From contig JAFVWM010000043.1 of NCBI GenBank assembly GCA_017501665.1, forward strand, positions 24,541-88,540: DNA of 64,000 bases, in the 5' to 3' direction. The stretch comes from Alphaproteobacteria bacterium (GTDB lineage: Bacteria; Pseudomonadota; Alphaproteobacteria; RF32; CAG-239). Every line of letters begins with the position of its first letter. Position 1 is the stretch's first letter. The position numbers and the translations under genes were made by a program. The notes under the pieces are model-generated. The model was not told where the DNA came from, searched no databases, and worked only from the letters and a program-made list of their open reading frames with translations. This document shows positions 10,587 through 19,858 of this stretch, in pieces.

Positions 10587-11411
10587 ATGCAAAAGTTCAA
10601 TTTTCATTGTCATACAAATTTTGGCGGTATTTTTGATGGTAAAAATACAGCCGAAGAAATGATTTTGTCATATGAAAATAAAGGTTTTGAAACTGTTGGT
10701 ATTAGTAATCATTGTATATATAGCAAAAGTTTCGAAAATCTTCAAAAATCAAGCGTAATGAATTTTTTTGATTTAGAAAAACTTATAGATTTGCATAAAA
10801 GGTGTTTTGAGAACATAGATAAATGTGCATCTAAACATAAAATAAAAGTACTAAAAGGCTTAGAAACAGACTTTTTTATGTCAAAGGACTGGAGAAACGC
10901 ATTTGAAAAAATAATAAAAGAATTAAATCCTGATTATATTATAGGATCTACTCATTTTATTAGAAGTAAGGATGAAAAGTTTTTATATAATTTATACCAT
11001 TTGAACTTATTACCTTCCAATACTTCCCAAGAAGAACTGGATGATATGGTTAAAAATTATTGGAATAATGTGATAGAATCGGTAAAAAGCGGATATTTTA
11101 CGTTTATTGCACATCCGGATTATTGTTGTCAGTTTAATTTGGCTATCGGCAAAGAATGGGATGATCTCAAACATATGTTTATAGAAGCCTTAAATACAAA
11201 CAAGACACCTTGTGAAATAAACACCAAGTGTATCAGATTAAATGGTAATCCTTGTCCTTCATGGAATATGATAAAAGAAATGATTAAAAAGGAAATACCA
11301 TTACTTATAAGTGACGATGCACACAGAATTGAAGATACCGGAGCATATTTTAATGAAACGGAAGATAAACTCATTGAATATGGTTGCAGGGTGAGGTTTG
11401 ATTGTTTATAA
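10587..11411 (+). CDS. PHP-domain phosphoesterase (TrpH/YciV/RNase AM-like or histidinol-phosphatase-like)
   Basis: N-terminal FHCHTNFGG (HxH). Internal H motifs (STHF, AHPDY). C-terminal SDDAHR, the typical PHP metal-ligand set. Confidence 0.7.
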   Translation: MQKFNFHCHTNFGGIFDGKNTAEEMILSYENKGFETVGISNHCIYSKSFENLQKSSVMNFFDLEKLIDLHKRCFENIDKCASKHKIKVLKGLETDFFMSKDWRNAFEKIIKELNPDYIIGSTHFIRSKDEKFLYNLYHLNLLPSNTSQEELDDMVKNYWNNVIESVKSGYFTFIAHPDYCCQFNLAIGKEWDDLKHMFIEALNTNKTPCEINTKCIRLNGNPCPSWNMIKEMIKKEIPLLISDDAHRIEDTGAYFNETEDKLIEYGCRVRFDCL

Positions 11412-11533
11412 TTTGATTCAAAATCAAGTGTTTAATTTATTGATTTAAAGTAATTTTTGGTGTGGTTGTAAAATATGTTTATAACTGTAATTTTTATGTT
11501 TTAAATTTTTTATTAAAAATATAAAAATAAATT

Positions 11534-12184
11534 ATGAAAAATTTTACAGAAAAATATAATGTTTCATGTGAAACAATTGACAGATTAAAAACCTACCAAG
11601 AGCTTCTTTTTGAGTGGCAAAATAAGTTCAATTTGGTAAGTAATTCAAGTTTGCAAAATGTCTGGGAAAGACATTTTGAAGATTCTGCTCAGCTTTTTGA
11701 GTTTATACCTAAGGATGCAAAAAAACTTATTGATTTTGGCTCCGGTGCAGGTTTTCCTGCTATGGTTCTAGCTATAATGTCACTTGAAAAGACACCGTAT
11801 TTAAAAATAACAATGGTTGAAAGTATTAAGAAGAAAACACTGTATTTAAATGAGGTTGCGTTAAAGACAGGTGTTAATGTTAATATTAAAAACGATAGAA
11901 TCGAAAAATTACCATTGGAAAAGTACGATGTGATAACTTCGCGAGCCATGGCTTCGTTGGTTGATTTGCTAAATTATGCATACCCTTTTTGTGTAAAAAA
12001 TACTGTTTGTATTTTTCCAAAAGGTAAAAATTATGCACTTGAATTGGCTGAGGCGCATAAAAAATGGCGTTTTAAATGCAACATAGTGCAAAGTAAAATT
12101 TCTGAAGAAGGAAAAATTTTAATAATAACCGATATTAAAAATAAAAAGGAGAAAACAAATGCCAAGAATTTTAGCCGTCGCTAA
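11534..12184 (+). CDS. rsmG: 16S rRNA (guanine527-N7)-methyltransferase RsmG (GidB)
   Basis: SAM-binding DFGSGAGFP. Position between mnmG and parA. Confidence 0.9.
   Translation: MKNFTEKYNVSCETIDRLKTYQELLFEWQNKFNLVSNSSLQNVWERHFEDSAQLFEFIPKDAKKLIDFGSGAGFPAMVLAIMSLEKTPYLKITMVESIKKKTLYLNEVALKTGVNVNIKNDRIEKLPLEKYDVITSRAMASLVDLLNYAYPFCVKNTVCIFPKGKNYALELAEAHKKWRFKCNIVQSKISEEGKILIITDIKNKKEKTNAKNFSRR
11560..11575. promoter_or_regulatory. parS: parS-like centromere site TGTTTCATGTGAAACA. It has one central mismatch to the TGTTTCACGTGAAACA consensus.
   Basis: Perfect 7-bp palindromic arms. Located at the 5' end of rsmG, immediately upstream of parAB. Confidence 0.6.
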
Positions 12185-12935
12185 TCGCAAAGGAGGGGTC
12201 GGAAAAACCACAACAACGGTTAATGTAGCTACAGCTATGGCTGCCGCAGGTAAAAAAGTACTTGTTATAGATTTGGATCCTCAGGGCAATGCATCAACAT
12301 CGATGGGTGTAGATAAAAAAGGTTCAATGCGTTCATCTTATGATATTTTATTAGGAAACTCGCGTCTTGCTGAAGCTGTTGTATGGACAGAAGTTCCTAA
12401 TTTCTCAATGGTTCCGTCTTCTCCGGATTTAGCAGCCGCAGAAATAGAACTTATAGATGTAGAAAAAAGAGAGTTTGCTCTTAAAAGAGCATTGTGTAAA
12501 GATGGTATAAATTATGATTATATCCTAATTGACTGCCCGCCTTCATTAAGTTTGGTTACTATAAATGCGCTTGTTGCCGCTGATGCTGTTATTGTTCCTC
12601 TGCAATGTGAGTTTTTGGCTTTGGAAGGTATATCTGATTTGATAAAGAACATAAATACCATCAAAAAGAATTTTAATCCTAGCTTAACACTTCATGGTGT
12701 TGTTTTAACAATGTATGACAAACGTAATAATCTAAGCCAAATGGTTGAAGAAGATGTTAGAAACTTCTTCGGTAAAAAAGTATATGAAACGGTTATTCCA
12801 AGAAACGTAAAAATATCCGAAGCACCTTCACATGGTAAGCCTGTTTTATTATACGATTTCAGATGTTCCGGATCACAAGCATATATCGGTTTAGCAAAAG
12901 AAGTATTAAAAAGAGAAAGAGAGTTGGTAGCATGA
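12159..12935 (+). CDS. parA: Chromosome partitioning ATPase ParA
   Basis: Deviant Walker A ANRKGGVGKTTT. 258 aa. Confidence 0.93.
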   Translation: MPRILAVANRKGGVGKTTTTVNVATAMAAAGKKVLVIDLDPQGNASTSMGVDKKGSMRSSYDILLGNSRLAEAVVWTEVPNFSMVPSSPDLAAAEIELIDVEKREFALKRALCKDGINYDYILIDCPPSLSLVTINALVAADAVIVPLQCEFLALEGISDLIKNINTIKKNFNPSLTLHGVVLTMYDKRNNLSQMVEEDVRNFFGKKVYETVIPRNVKISEAPSHGKPVLLYDFRCSGSQAYIGLAKEVLKRERELVA

Positions 12936-13918
12936 GTGAAGATATCAAAAAGAAAAAAAGTCTCGGAAGAGGTTTGGAAGCCCTGCTGGGTGAAATGAAC
13001 GAAGATGTATTAAATAATGAATTAAATCAAGTTAAATTAGGTGACGTAGCACTCATAAACGATATATATGTAAGCCCTTTTCAACCTCGTAAGGATTTTG
13101 ATGAAGATGCTATAAAATCGTTAGCCTCTTCAATAAAAGAAAAGGGAGTTCTTCAACCGCTTATTGTAAGAAAAACAGATAAGGGGTTAGAATTAATTGC
13201 CGGCGAAAGACGATTAAGAGCTTCAAAAATTGCCGGATTAACAGAGGTACCTGTTATTATAAAGGATTTTTCTGATGGTGAAGTTTTAGAAATAGCTTTA
13301 GTTGAAAATTTGCTCAGAGAAAATCTTTCCGCAATTGAAGAGGCTGAGGCATATCAAAAACTTATGGTTGATTTTTCTCACACTCAAGAAAAAGTTGCAT
13401 CTATTGTTGGAAAATCGCGCAGTTATATTGCTAATACTTTAAGATTGTTAACTTTATCGGACGATATAAAATCTTACATAACAAACGGAAAACTGACAGC
13501 CGGCCATGCCAGATGTTTAGTAGGTCTTGAAAATGCAAATTTTTTAGCCGAAAAAATCATAAAAGAAGAATTGAGTGTACGTCAGGTTGAAGAAATTGTT
13601 TCAAAGCAAAAAGAAACAAAAACACAACCTGTTGACAAAGATGAAAAAAATGCTAAAAAAGTAGTTAACCGCGATATATCTGATATTGAAAGAAAACTTA
13701 AAGAAAAACTAGGTTTAAGAATCAAAATAAGCCAAAATAAACAAGGTGGTGGAAAGGTAGTATTGCAATATGCATCGACTGCCGAGCTTGATATGATTAT
13801 TAATGTATTAGATCAAAAAAAACAGGTAGATTTAGGAATAAAGAACAATGTATTTAAAGATGACGAAGTTCAACAACAAACCAAAAATGATAAATTTTCA
13901 ATCAAATTTATAGAATAG
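12932..13918 (+). CDS. parB: Chromosome partitioning protein ParB
   Basis: LGRGLEALL N-terminus. GERRLRA ParB box. HTH. The start MSEDIKK overlaps the parA stop by 4 nt. The six-frame ORF extends further upstream, but that part is not real. Confidence 0.9.
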   Translation: MSEDIKKKKSLGRGLEALLGEMNEDVLNNELNQVKLGDVALINDIYVSPFQPRKDFDEDAIKSLASSIKEKGVLQPLIVRKTDKGLELIAGERRLRASKIAGLTEVPVIIKDFSDGEVLEIALVENLLRENLSAIEEAEAYQKLMVDFSHTQEKVASIVGKSRSYIANTLRLLTLSDDIKSYITNGKLTAGHARCLVGLENANFLAEKIIKEELSVRQVEEIVSKQKETKTQPVDKDEKNAKKVVNRDISDIERKLKEKLGLRIKISQNKQGGGKVVLQYASTAELDMIINVLDQKKQVDLGIKNNVFKDDEVQQQTKNDKFSIKFIE

Positions 13919-13929
13919 AAAGGCAAAAA

Positions 13930-14157
13930 ATGACTATATTAGATAAAATGTTAGAAAATTGCGAAAAAGCAGGGTATGCAACTACAAAAAATGTTCAAAA
14001 AATAGCAAATGCTAAACAAATGATGTTCGGTGAAAACGAATGGCATCGTTGTCCTTGTGATGGTCAAAATCCTGAGCGTTATTGTATATCAGAATTGTGT
14101 CGATCTGATATTGAGCGAGATGGTGAGTGCCATTGTCATTGTTATTGTAAAAAATAA
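13930..14157 (+). CDS. Small Cys-rich protein, resembling the ferredoxin-thioredoxin reductase catalytic subunit
   Basis: CPC...C..C...CHCHCYC cysteine clusters reminiscent of FTR-catalytic CPC/CHC motifs. Followed by a terminator. Confidence 0.4.
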   Translation: MTILDKMLENCEKAGYATTKNVQKIANAKQMMFGENEWHRCPCDGQNPERYCISELCRSDIERDGECHCHCYCKK

Positions 14158-14167
14158 AACATAAACA

Positions 14168-14196
14168 ACCTCGTATAAAAAATACGAGGTTTTTTA
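14168..14196 (+). terminator. Rho-independent terminator
   Basis: acctcgtat-aaaaa-atacgaggt followed by ttttt. Confidence 0.8.
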
Positions 14197-14264
14197 ATAA
14201 TATATTTACTTAAACTATTATAGACTGACGCTATAAATTTATAACCTTTAAGAAAGAGAAAAAT

Positions 14265-15236
14265 ATGGGTTTCATAAAAAAAATTATGTATGGTTCTGTT
14301 GCTATAATATTCATTTTAATGGGTGGTTTCGGTACCCAAAGCAACAGCATGATTTTGCAATTAGGCGGAATAGTCGGTCTTATATTCGGTGCGGTCATTT
14401 TATACATATTTGCCAAGATGGCGTGGAGAGCAATGGGGTGTATACCATCATTGTTGGTATTAATATTAATAATTGTATTTGTTTTGTTTGCGATTGGAGG
14501 TTTTAACGGGGGTATAAGCAGTGTTGGTCAAAATGTTCAAACATTTCTTGGGCAACAAACTAATTCTTCTTCAGAAAACATCGTAAATACAAGCATAGGG
14601 CAAGGTGAAGAAAATATTGTAGCTCCTAATGATAATAAAAAACAGGATGAAGGTGTAATAAACCTTATTGGTGAAGATCAACACCCAATAATAACAGAGA
14701 ATTTTTTATCCAAGCAAGAAAAGAAACAAGAAAATACATTTAATCCTATGAATTTTCCTGCAATAGAAGGTGTTTCCAGAGTCGTAAAAGGTGATACAAT
14801 AACTTTAACAGGAAGAATCGTAAAGTTATTTGGTGTTGCAGCTCCGGACATTTCTCAAACTTGTGCTGATAGTCAAGGTCGAGGTTATCGTTGCGGACAA
14901 CAGGCTATTTCTTGGCTAAACAGATGGTTGTCAGACAATACCTTAAGATGTCATATTATAAATGAAGACGATAGAGGTGTTTTGACAGGTGTTTGTATGT
15001 TGGGTCAATATGACATAGGCGCTGCCATTATAAATGCCGGTTGGGCGGTAGCAGATGTTAAACAGACGCAAATATACACTGCTTATCAAAATCAAGCATC
15101 TCAAAACAGAAGAGGTTTATGGCAAGGTAAATTTTATATGCCATGGGATTGGCAAAAGATAAAAGCTCGAAAAGCAAATATAAAAGTAATCAAACCCAAA
15201 AGCGAAAGAAAATCAGTGTGGTCCGGCTTATTTTAA
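14265..15236 (+). CDS. Membrane-anchored thermonuclease (SNase-like) family protein
   Basis: Three N-terminal TM helices. C-terminal SNase motifs: VVKGDTITL, RIVKLFGVAAPD, RRGLWQG. Confidence 0.7.
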   Translation: MGFIKKIMYGSVAIIFILMGGFGTQSNSMILQLGGIVGLIFGAVILYIFAKMAWRAMGCIPSLLVLILIIVFVLFAIGGFNGGISSVGQNVQTFLGQQTNSSSENIVNTSIGQGEENIVAPNDNKKQDEGVINLIGEDQHPIITENFLSKQEKKQENTFNPMNFPAIEGVSRVVKGDTITLTGRIVKLFGVAAPDISQTCADSQGRGYRCGQQAISWLNRWLSDNTLRCHIINEDDRGVLTGVCMLGQYDIGAAIINAGWAVADVKQTQIYTAYQNQASQNRRGLWQGKFYMPWDWQKIKARKANIKVIKPKSERKSVWSGLF

Positions 15237-15698
15237 GTGAAAGAAATGTTAAGAGAACTAGTTTGTAAAACAGAAAAAGATACCGCTAAATTAGCTTGTG
15301 AATTTGCAAAAACAGCAAAAAAAGGAGATGTTTTTGCTTTATATGGTACGTTAGGCATGGGAAAAAGCGTTTTTGCCAGAGCTTTTATTCAAGCTTTATG
15401 TGATGTTGATGATGTTCCAAGCCCGACATTTACTCTGTTGCAAACTTATTCTTCACCGAAAGGAGATATATATCATTTTGATTTGTACCGACTAAAACAT
15501 CCTGATGAGGTTTTTGAGCTAGGTTTTGAAGATGCACTTTATAACGGAATAACTCTTATAGAATGGCCTGAAAATGCCGGCGGTTGGTTGCCTAAAAATA
15601 TTATAAAAATAAGTATTGTTTCACATGAAACAGGACGGCTTTTTACTATAGAAACCTTATCAGAAGAACAAGCGACTAAACCGGAGTGTGTAAGATGA
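15237..15698 (+). CDS. tsaE: tRNA threonylcarbamoyladenosine biosynthesis protein TsaE
   Basis: GTLGMGKSVFAR P-loop. SPTFTL and HFDLYRL motifs. GTG start at 15237, or ATG at 15246. Confidence 0.85.
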   Translation: MKEMLRELVCKTEKDTAKLACEFAKTAKKGDVFALYGTLGMGKSVFARAFIQALCDVDDVPSPTFTLLQTYSSPKGDIYHFDLYRLKHPDEVFELGFEDALYNGITLIEWPENAGGWLPKNIIKISIVSHETGRLFTIETLSEEQATKPECVR

Positions 15699-16108
15699 GC
15701 CAAAACATACACGCAACTTGTGTAAACATCGATTCTAAAGGTGTTTTGATTTTGGGTGATTCCGGAAGTGGTAAATCTGATTTGGCTTTAAGGCTTTTAA
15801 CATTGTTTTCGGCAAAACTTGTTAGTGATGACAGAACAGATATTTTTAAGGATTTAGATGTTATAAAAGCAAAAGCACCAAACGTCTTAAAAGGGCTGTT
15901 AGAGGTTAGGGGTGTTGGTGTTATAAAACAAGAATATCTGAAAGAATCAACGATTGACTTAGTCATAAAATTAACAAATGAAAAAATAGAAAGAATGCCT
16001 TTACCGCAAAAGTACAAAATAGAAGATATAGATGTACCTATGTATTATATAAATCCTTTTGAATCGTCGGCACCATCAAAAATAGTAACAATACTAAGTT
16101 TGCTGTGA
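15695..16108 (+). CDS. hprK: HPr kinase/phosphorylase, short alphaproteobacterial form (C-terminal kinase domain only)
   Basis: GVLILGDSGSGKSDLALRL P-loop plus the LEVRGVGV motif. About 137 aa. 4-nt overlap with tsaE. Confidence 0.75.
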   Translation: MSQNIHATCVNIDSKGVLILGDSGSGKSDLALRLLTLFSAKLVSDDRTDIFKDLDVIKAKAPNVLKGLLEVRGVGVIKQEYLKESTIDLVIKLTNEKIERMPLPQKYKIEDIDVPMYYINPFESSAPSKIVTILSLL

Positions 16109-16188
16109 GGATTTAAAAATCGCGGTTGATTTATTATAACCGACACTCTAAAATAACAACAAATTTAATTTAATACAGGATATTTAAT

Positions 16189-16983
16189 ATGTTGTTTTTT
16201 CGAAAAATAGAAAAGTTTTTACGCCGTCAGGGTACGCCAATGGTTAATTTTACTTTTAAGGTTGGCGAGTTATTTGTTTTTATTGCGCAGTCAATATATA
16301 ATTGCTTTACCCCGCCTTTTTACGGGCGTAATTTGTGGCGACAGGTAATGGATATGGGCTTTTATTCTTTACCTGTTGTTGGATTAACCACAATTTTTGC
16401 CGGTATGGTAATCGCTTTACAAAGCTATTCCGGTTTTGCAACAGTCGGTGCCGAAAGCATGGTTGCCAGTGTTGTTTTGATCTCAGTTACTCGGGAATTA
16501 GCTCCGGTGTTATCCGCTTTAATGGTTGCCGGCAGAATAGGGGCTGCTATGGCAGCAGAAATAGGTACAATGAGAGTAACAGAACAAATAGACGCCTTAA
16601 CAACATTATCAACAAATCCTTTCAAATATCTGGTAGCGCCAAGAATGTGGGCAGGTCTGATAGTTATGCCGATTTTGGTATTAATAGGTGATGTTATAGG
16701 TATTTTCGGCGGATATGTTGTAGGTGTATATAAGCTTGGCTTTAATGCGTCAAATTACATAAATGCAACTTTAAACGATTTGGAAGCCTTAGACATAACT
16801 ACCGGTGTTGTAAAAGCTGCTGTTTTCGGTTTCATTATATCTTTGATGGGATGTTATAACGGCTATAAATCAAAAGGTGGTGCTCAAGGAGTAGGAACAG
16901 CAACAACAAACGCTGTTGTTTCATCATCTATTTTGATATTGATATTCAATTACATTGTTACAGAACTTTTCTTCTCGAGATAA
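16189..16983 (+). CDS. mlaE: Phospholipid ABC transporter permease MlaE
   Basis: Polytopic membrane protein. MAAEIGTMRVTEQIDAL signature. Confidence 0.85.
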   Translation: MLFFRKIEKFLRRQGTPMVNFTFKVGELFVFIAQSIYNCFTPPFYGRNLWRQVMDMGFYSLPVVGLTTIFAGMVIALQSYSGFATVGAESMVASVVLISVTRELAPVLSALMVAGRIGAAMAAEIGTMRVTEQIDALTTLSTNPFKYLVAPRMWAGLIVMPILVLIGDVIGIFGGYVVGVYKLGFNASNYINATLNDLEALDITTGVVKAAVFGFIISLMGCYNGYKSKGGAQGVGTATTNAVVSSSILILIFNYIVTELFFSR

Positions 16984-16995
16984 GGAATATTACCA

Positions 16996-17760
16996 ATGGC
17001 AGAAACAAAAATAAAATTAACAAATGTATACAAATCCTTTGGAAAGAAAACAGTTCTTCGAGGGGTAAACTTAGATATAAAAAAAGGTGAATCTTTGGTT
17101 GTTATCGGCGGGTCAGGAACAGGTAAATCTGTCTTGATTAAATGTATCCAAGGTCTTTTAACGCCGGAAGAAGGTTCTATTTTGGTAGATGATCAAGAAG
17201 TTGTCGGAATAGAAGAAAACGACAAAGAACGACTTCACTCCAAAATGGGCATGCTTTTTCAGGGCGGTGCTTTGTTTGATAGTTTAAGTGTTTGGGAAAA
17301 TGTTGCTTTCGATTTACTTGAAAACAAAGGATATAATAAAAAAAATGCCAAAAGTGAAGCTATCAGAGTATTACGTTCTGTTGGATTAGATCCTGAAGTA
17401 GCCGATTTATCACCGGCAGAGTTGTCCGGAGGTATGCAAAAGAGAGTGGGTTTGGCAAGAGCTATAATTTCTAAGCCGGAAGTGATATTTTTTGACGAAC
17501 CGACGACCGGTTTAGATCCTATCATGGCTGATGTTATTAATGACCTTATTGTTGAGTCGGTAAAAGGTTTAGGGGCAACGGCGTTAACAATTACTCATGA
17601 TATGGCTTCTGCTCGTAAAATTGCCGATAAAGTTGCTATGTTGTACAAAGGCGAAATAATATGGCAAGGAACAGTAAAAGAAATGGATGAAACAGAAAAT
17701 CCATACGTTGTCCAATTTATTAACGGCAAATCTCAAGGACCTATAAAAACAGGAGTATAA
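16996..17760 (+). CDS. mlaF: Phospholipid ABC transporter ATP-binding protein MlaF
   Basis: Walker A GGSGTGKS. LSGGMQKR signature. Walker B FFDEPT. Confidence 0.88.
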   Translation: MAETKIKLTNVYKSFGKKTVLRGVNLDIKKGESLVVIGGSGTGKSVLIKCIQGLLTPEEGSILVDDQEVVGIEENDKERLHSKMGMLFQGGALFDSLSVWENVAFDLLENKGYNKKNAKSEAIRVLRSVGLDPEVADLSPAELSGGMQKRVGLARAIISKPEVIFFDEPTTGLDPIMADVINDLIVESVKGLGATALTITHDMASARKIADKVAMLYKGEIIWQGTVKEMDETENPYVVQFINGKSQGPIKTGV

Positions 17761-17762
17761 TC

Positions 17763-19136
17763 TTGTCTAAAAAAGAACTTAAACAATTTGTTTGTCAAAA
17801 CTGCGGAAGTGTGTATCCGAAATGGCAGGGAAAATGTGATTCTTGCGGAGAGTGGAATACAATAGTTGAAGAAGTTGCCGGCGGTGGCGGTTTTTCAAAT
17901 ATAAATTATAACAAGCGCAAAGGCAAAGAAATAGAGTTTGTCTCTTTGAGCGGAATACAAGAAAAGCTGGACAGATTATCAACTCAAATAAACGAACTGG
18001 ACAGAGTTTGCGGTGGTGGTTTGGTATCAGGTTCGGTAATTTTGGTGGGTGGAGATCCGGGAATAGGAAAATCAACGCTATTACTTCAAGCGTGTTCCAA
18101 GGTTGCTGATTTACCACAAAGACCTGAGGTTTACTACATATCAGGAGAAGAGGCTGTTGATCAGGTCAGAATAAGAGCTAAAAGGCTTGGACTTGAAAAA
18201 TCTCCTGTAAATTTAGCATCTTGCACCGAAATAAAAGATATTATTACAACATTAGAAAAATCAAAAGCATCTGTCGTAGTAATAGATTCTATTCAAACAA
18301 TGTATCTTGATGAAGTGGAATCAACACCTGGAAGTGTATCACAAGTTCGTGCTTGCTGTTATGAGCTTATAAAATTAGCTAAACGCAAAGGCTTTACTTT
18401 GTTTTTGGTTGGTCATGTAACCAAACAAGGTGAAATAGCCGGCCCCAGAGTGTTGGAACATATGGTAGATACAGTGTTGTACTTTGAAGGCGAAAGAGGA
18501 CATCATTTTAGAATTTTGCGCGCGGTAAAAAACCGTTATGGAGCCACAGATGAAATAGGCGTATTTGAAATGCAAGATAAAGGGTTGGTTGAGGTCGCTA
18601 ATCCCTCAGCCTTGTTTTTAGCCGAAAGGCAAGGAAATATCTCCGGATCGTGCGTTTTTGCAGGCGTAGAAGGTTCAAGACCTGTTTTGGTTGAGATACA
18701 AGCTCTTGTCAGTCCTACCGGCTACTCAAGCCCTAAAAGAGCGGTAGTAGGGTGGGACTCAAACAGACTTGCAATGGTTTTGGCTGTATTGGAAGCTCGT
18801 TGCGGTATAAATTTAAGTTCTCAAGATGTATATCTCAATATTGCCGGTGGTTTGCGCATATCTGAGCCGGCTGCAGATTTGGCCGTGGCTTTAGCTGTAA
18901 TCTCATCTTTAAGAAATAAACCTTTACCGGCAGATATGGTTATTTTTGGTGAAATTGGTTTATCAGGTGAGGTTAGGGCTGTTTCACAACCTTCATTACG
19001 GCTAAAAGAAGCCAAAAAACTCGGTTTTTCAAACGCAATAATTCCGCAAGGAAGAGCTAATGACAAAAAGTTCTTAGCAGATATAACCTTACACGAAATA
19101 GGCAATATTCAACGCGTAATAAACTTACTTGATTAG
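17763..19136 (+). CDS. radA: DNA repair protein RadA (Sms)
   Basis: C4 zinc finger CQNCGSVYPKWQGKCDSCGEW. RecA-like Walker A GDPGIGKST. KNRYG. Lon-like C-terminus. Probable TTG start. Confidence 0.9.
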   Translation: MSKKELKQFVCQNCGSVYPKWQGKCDSCGEWNTIVEEVAGGGGFSNINYNKRKGKEIEFVSLSGIQEKLDRLSTQINELDRVCGGGLVSGSVILVGGDPGIGKSTLLLQACSKVADLPQRPEVYYISGEEAVDQVRIRAKRLGLEKSPVNLASCTEIKDIITTLEKSKASVVVIDSIQTMYLDEVESTPGSVSQVRACCYELIKLAKRKGFTLFLVGHVTKQGEIAGPRVLEHMVDTVLYFEGERGHHFRILRAVKNRYGATDEIGVFEMQDKGLVEVANPSALFLAERQGNISGSCVFAGVEGSRPVLVEIQALVSPTGYSSPKRAVVGWDSNRLAMVLAVLEARCGINLSSQDVYLNIAGGLRISEPAADLAVALAVISSLRNKPLPADMVIFGEIGLSGEVRAVSQPSLRLKEAKKLGFSNAIIPQGRANDKKFLADITLHEIGNIQRVINLLD

Positions 19137-19144
19137 GATATAAC

Positions 19145-19858
19145 ATGTATAACTTAAATAATTTAGATTATGTAATTTTGGCCATAATATTTGTTTCTGC
19201 GCTAATAGCGCTTAATCGTGGTTTAATAAAAGAGGTTTTATCCATAGTCGGTTGGGTTTTATCTACAATAATTATCGTTTATTTATTGCCACCTATGCTT
19301 CCTTTTGTAAAAAAGTATATTGAAAATGGGATAATAGCAGGAATAGCAACGTCGTTAGCAGTTTTTGTAATGTTTTTTATAATATGGATATACTCTACAT
19401 CAAACATTGTAGGAAAAATAAGAACAAGCAAACTAAACGGATTAGATAGATTTTTAGGTTTATTTTTCGGTGTTATGCGAGCTTTTTTATTGATAATTTT
19501 GTTTAATATAATGATGAGTTGGATTATTCCCAATGAAAAACAACCTGAGCTTTTAGCAAATTCAAAATATTATCAAATAGCCGGAAGTTTTGCCAAACCT
19601 ATTGAAGAAATGATTCCGCAGGAAACCTTAAAACTTATTAAAGATCAGGCTTTGCCGGTATCAATTGATAAAAAAACAGAACAAAATGAGAAAGAAGATA
19701 TTGAAAAAGAAGACGATGCAGCAGTTTTGTTTGAGAAACTGTCTCAACCTAAAATCAAAAAGCCGTCCAAAGAAGAATTTTCTGAAGAGGTAAAAGGATA
19801 TAAAAAAGATGAAATAGAGGACTTGGAAAGGCTTATAGACAGTGTAGATAACATCTAA
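19145..19858 (+). CDS. cvpA: CvpA-family membrane protein
   Basis: N-terminal TM helices typical of colicin V production protein. Acidic C-terminal tail. Confidence 0.7.
   Translation: MYNLNNLDYVILAIIFVSALIALNRGLIKEVLSIVGWVLSTIIIVYLLPPMLPFVKKYIENGIIAGIATSLAVFVMFFIIWIYSTSNIVGKIRTSKLNGLDRFLGLFFGVMRAFLLIILFNIMMSWIIPNEKQPELLANSKYYQIAGSFAKPIEEMIPQETLKLIKDQALPVSIDKKTEQNEKEDIEKEDDAAVLFEKLSQPKIKKPSKEEFSEEVKGYKKDEIEDLERLIDSVDNI

Noticed and set aside
12863-12931. N-terminal extension of parB (MFRITSIYRFSKRS...)
   Set aside because: The conserved ParB start MSEDIKKKKSLGRGLEALL begins at 12932 with an ATGA overlap to parA. The extension lies inside the parA coding frame.
16335-16691. 118-aa alternative-frame ORF inside mlaE
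   Set aside because: It overlaps a strongly supported permease gene in another frame. It is Arg/Cys/Asn-rich with a nonsense composition.
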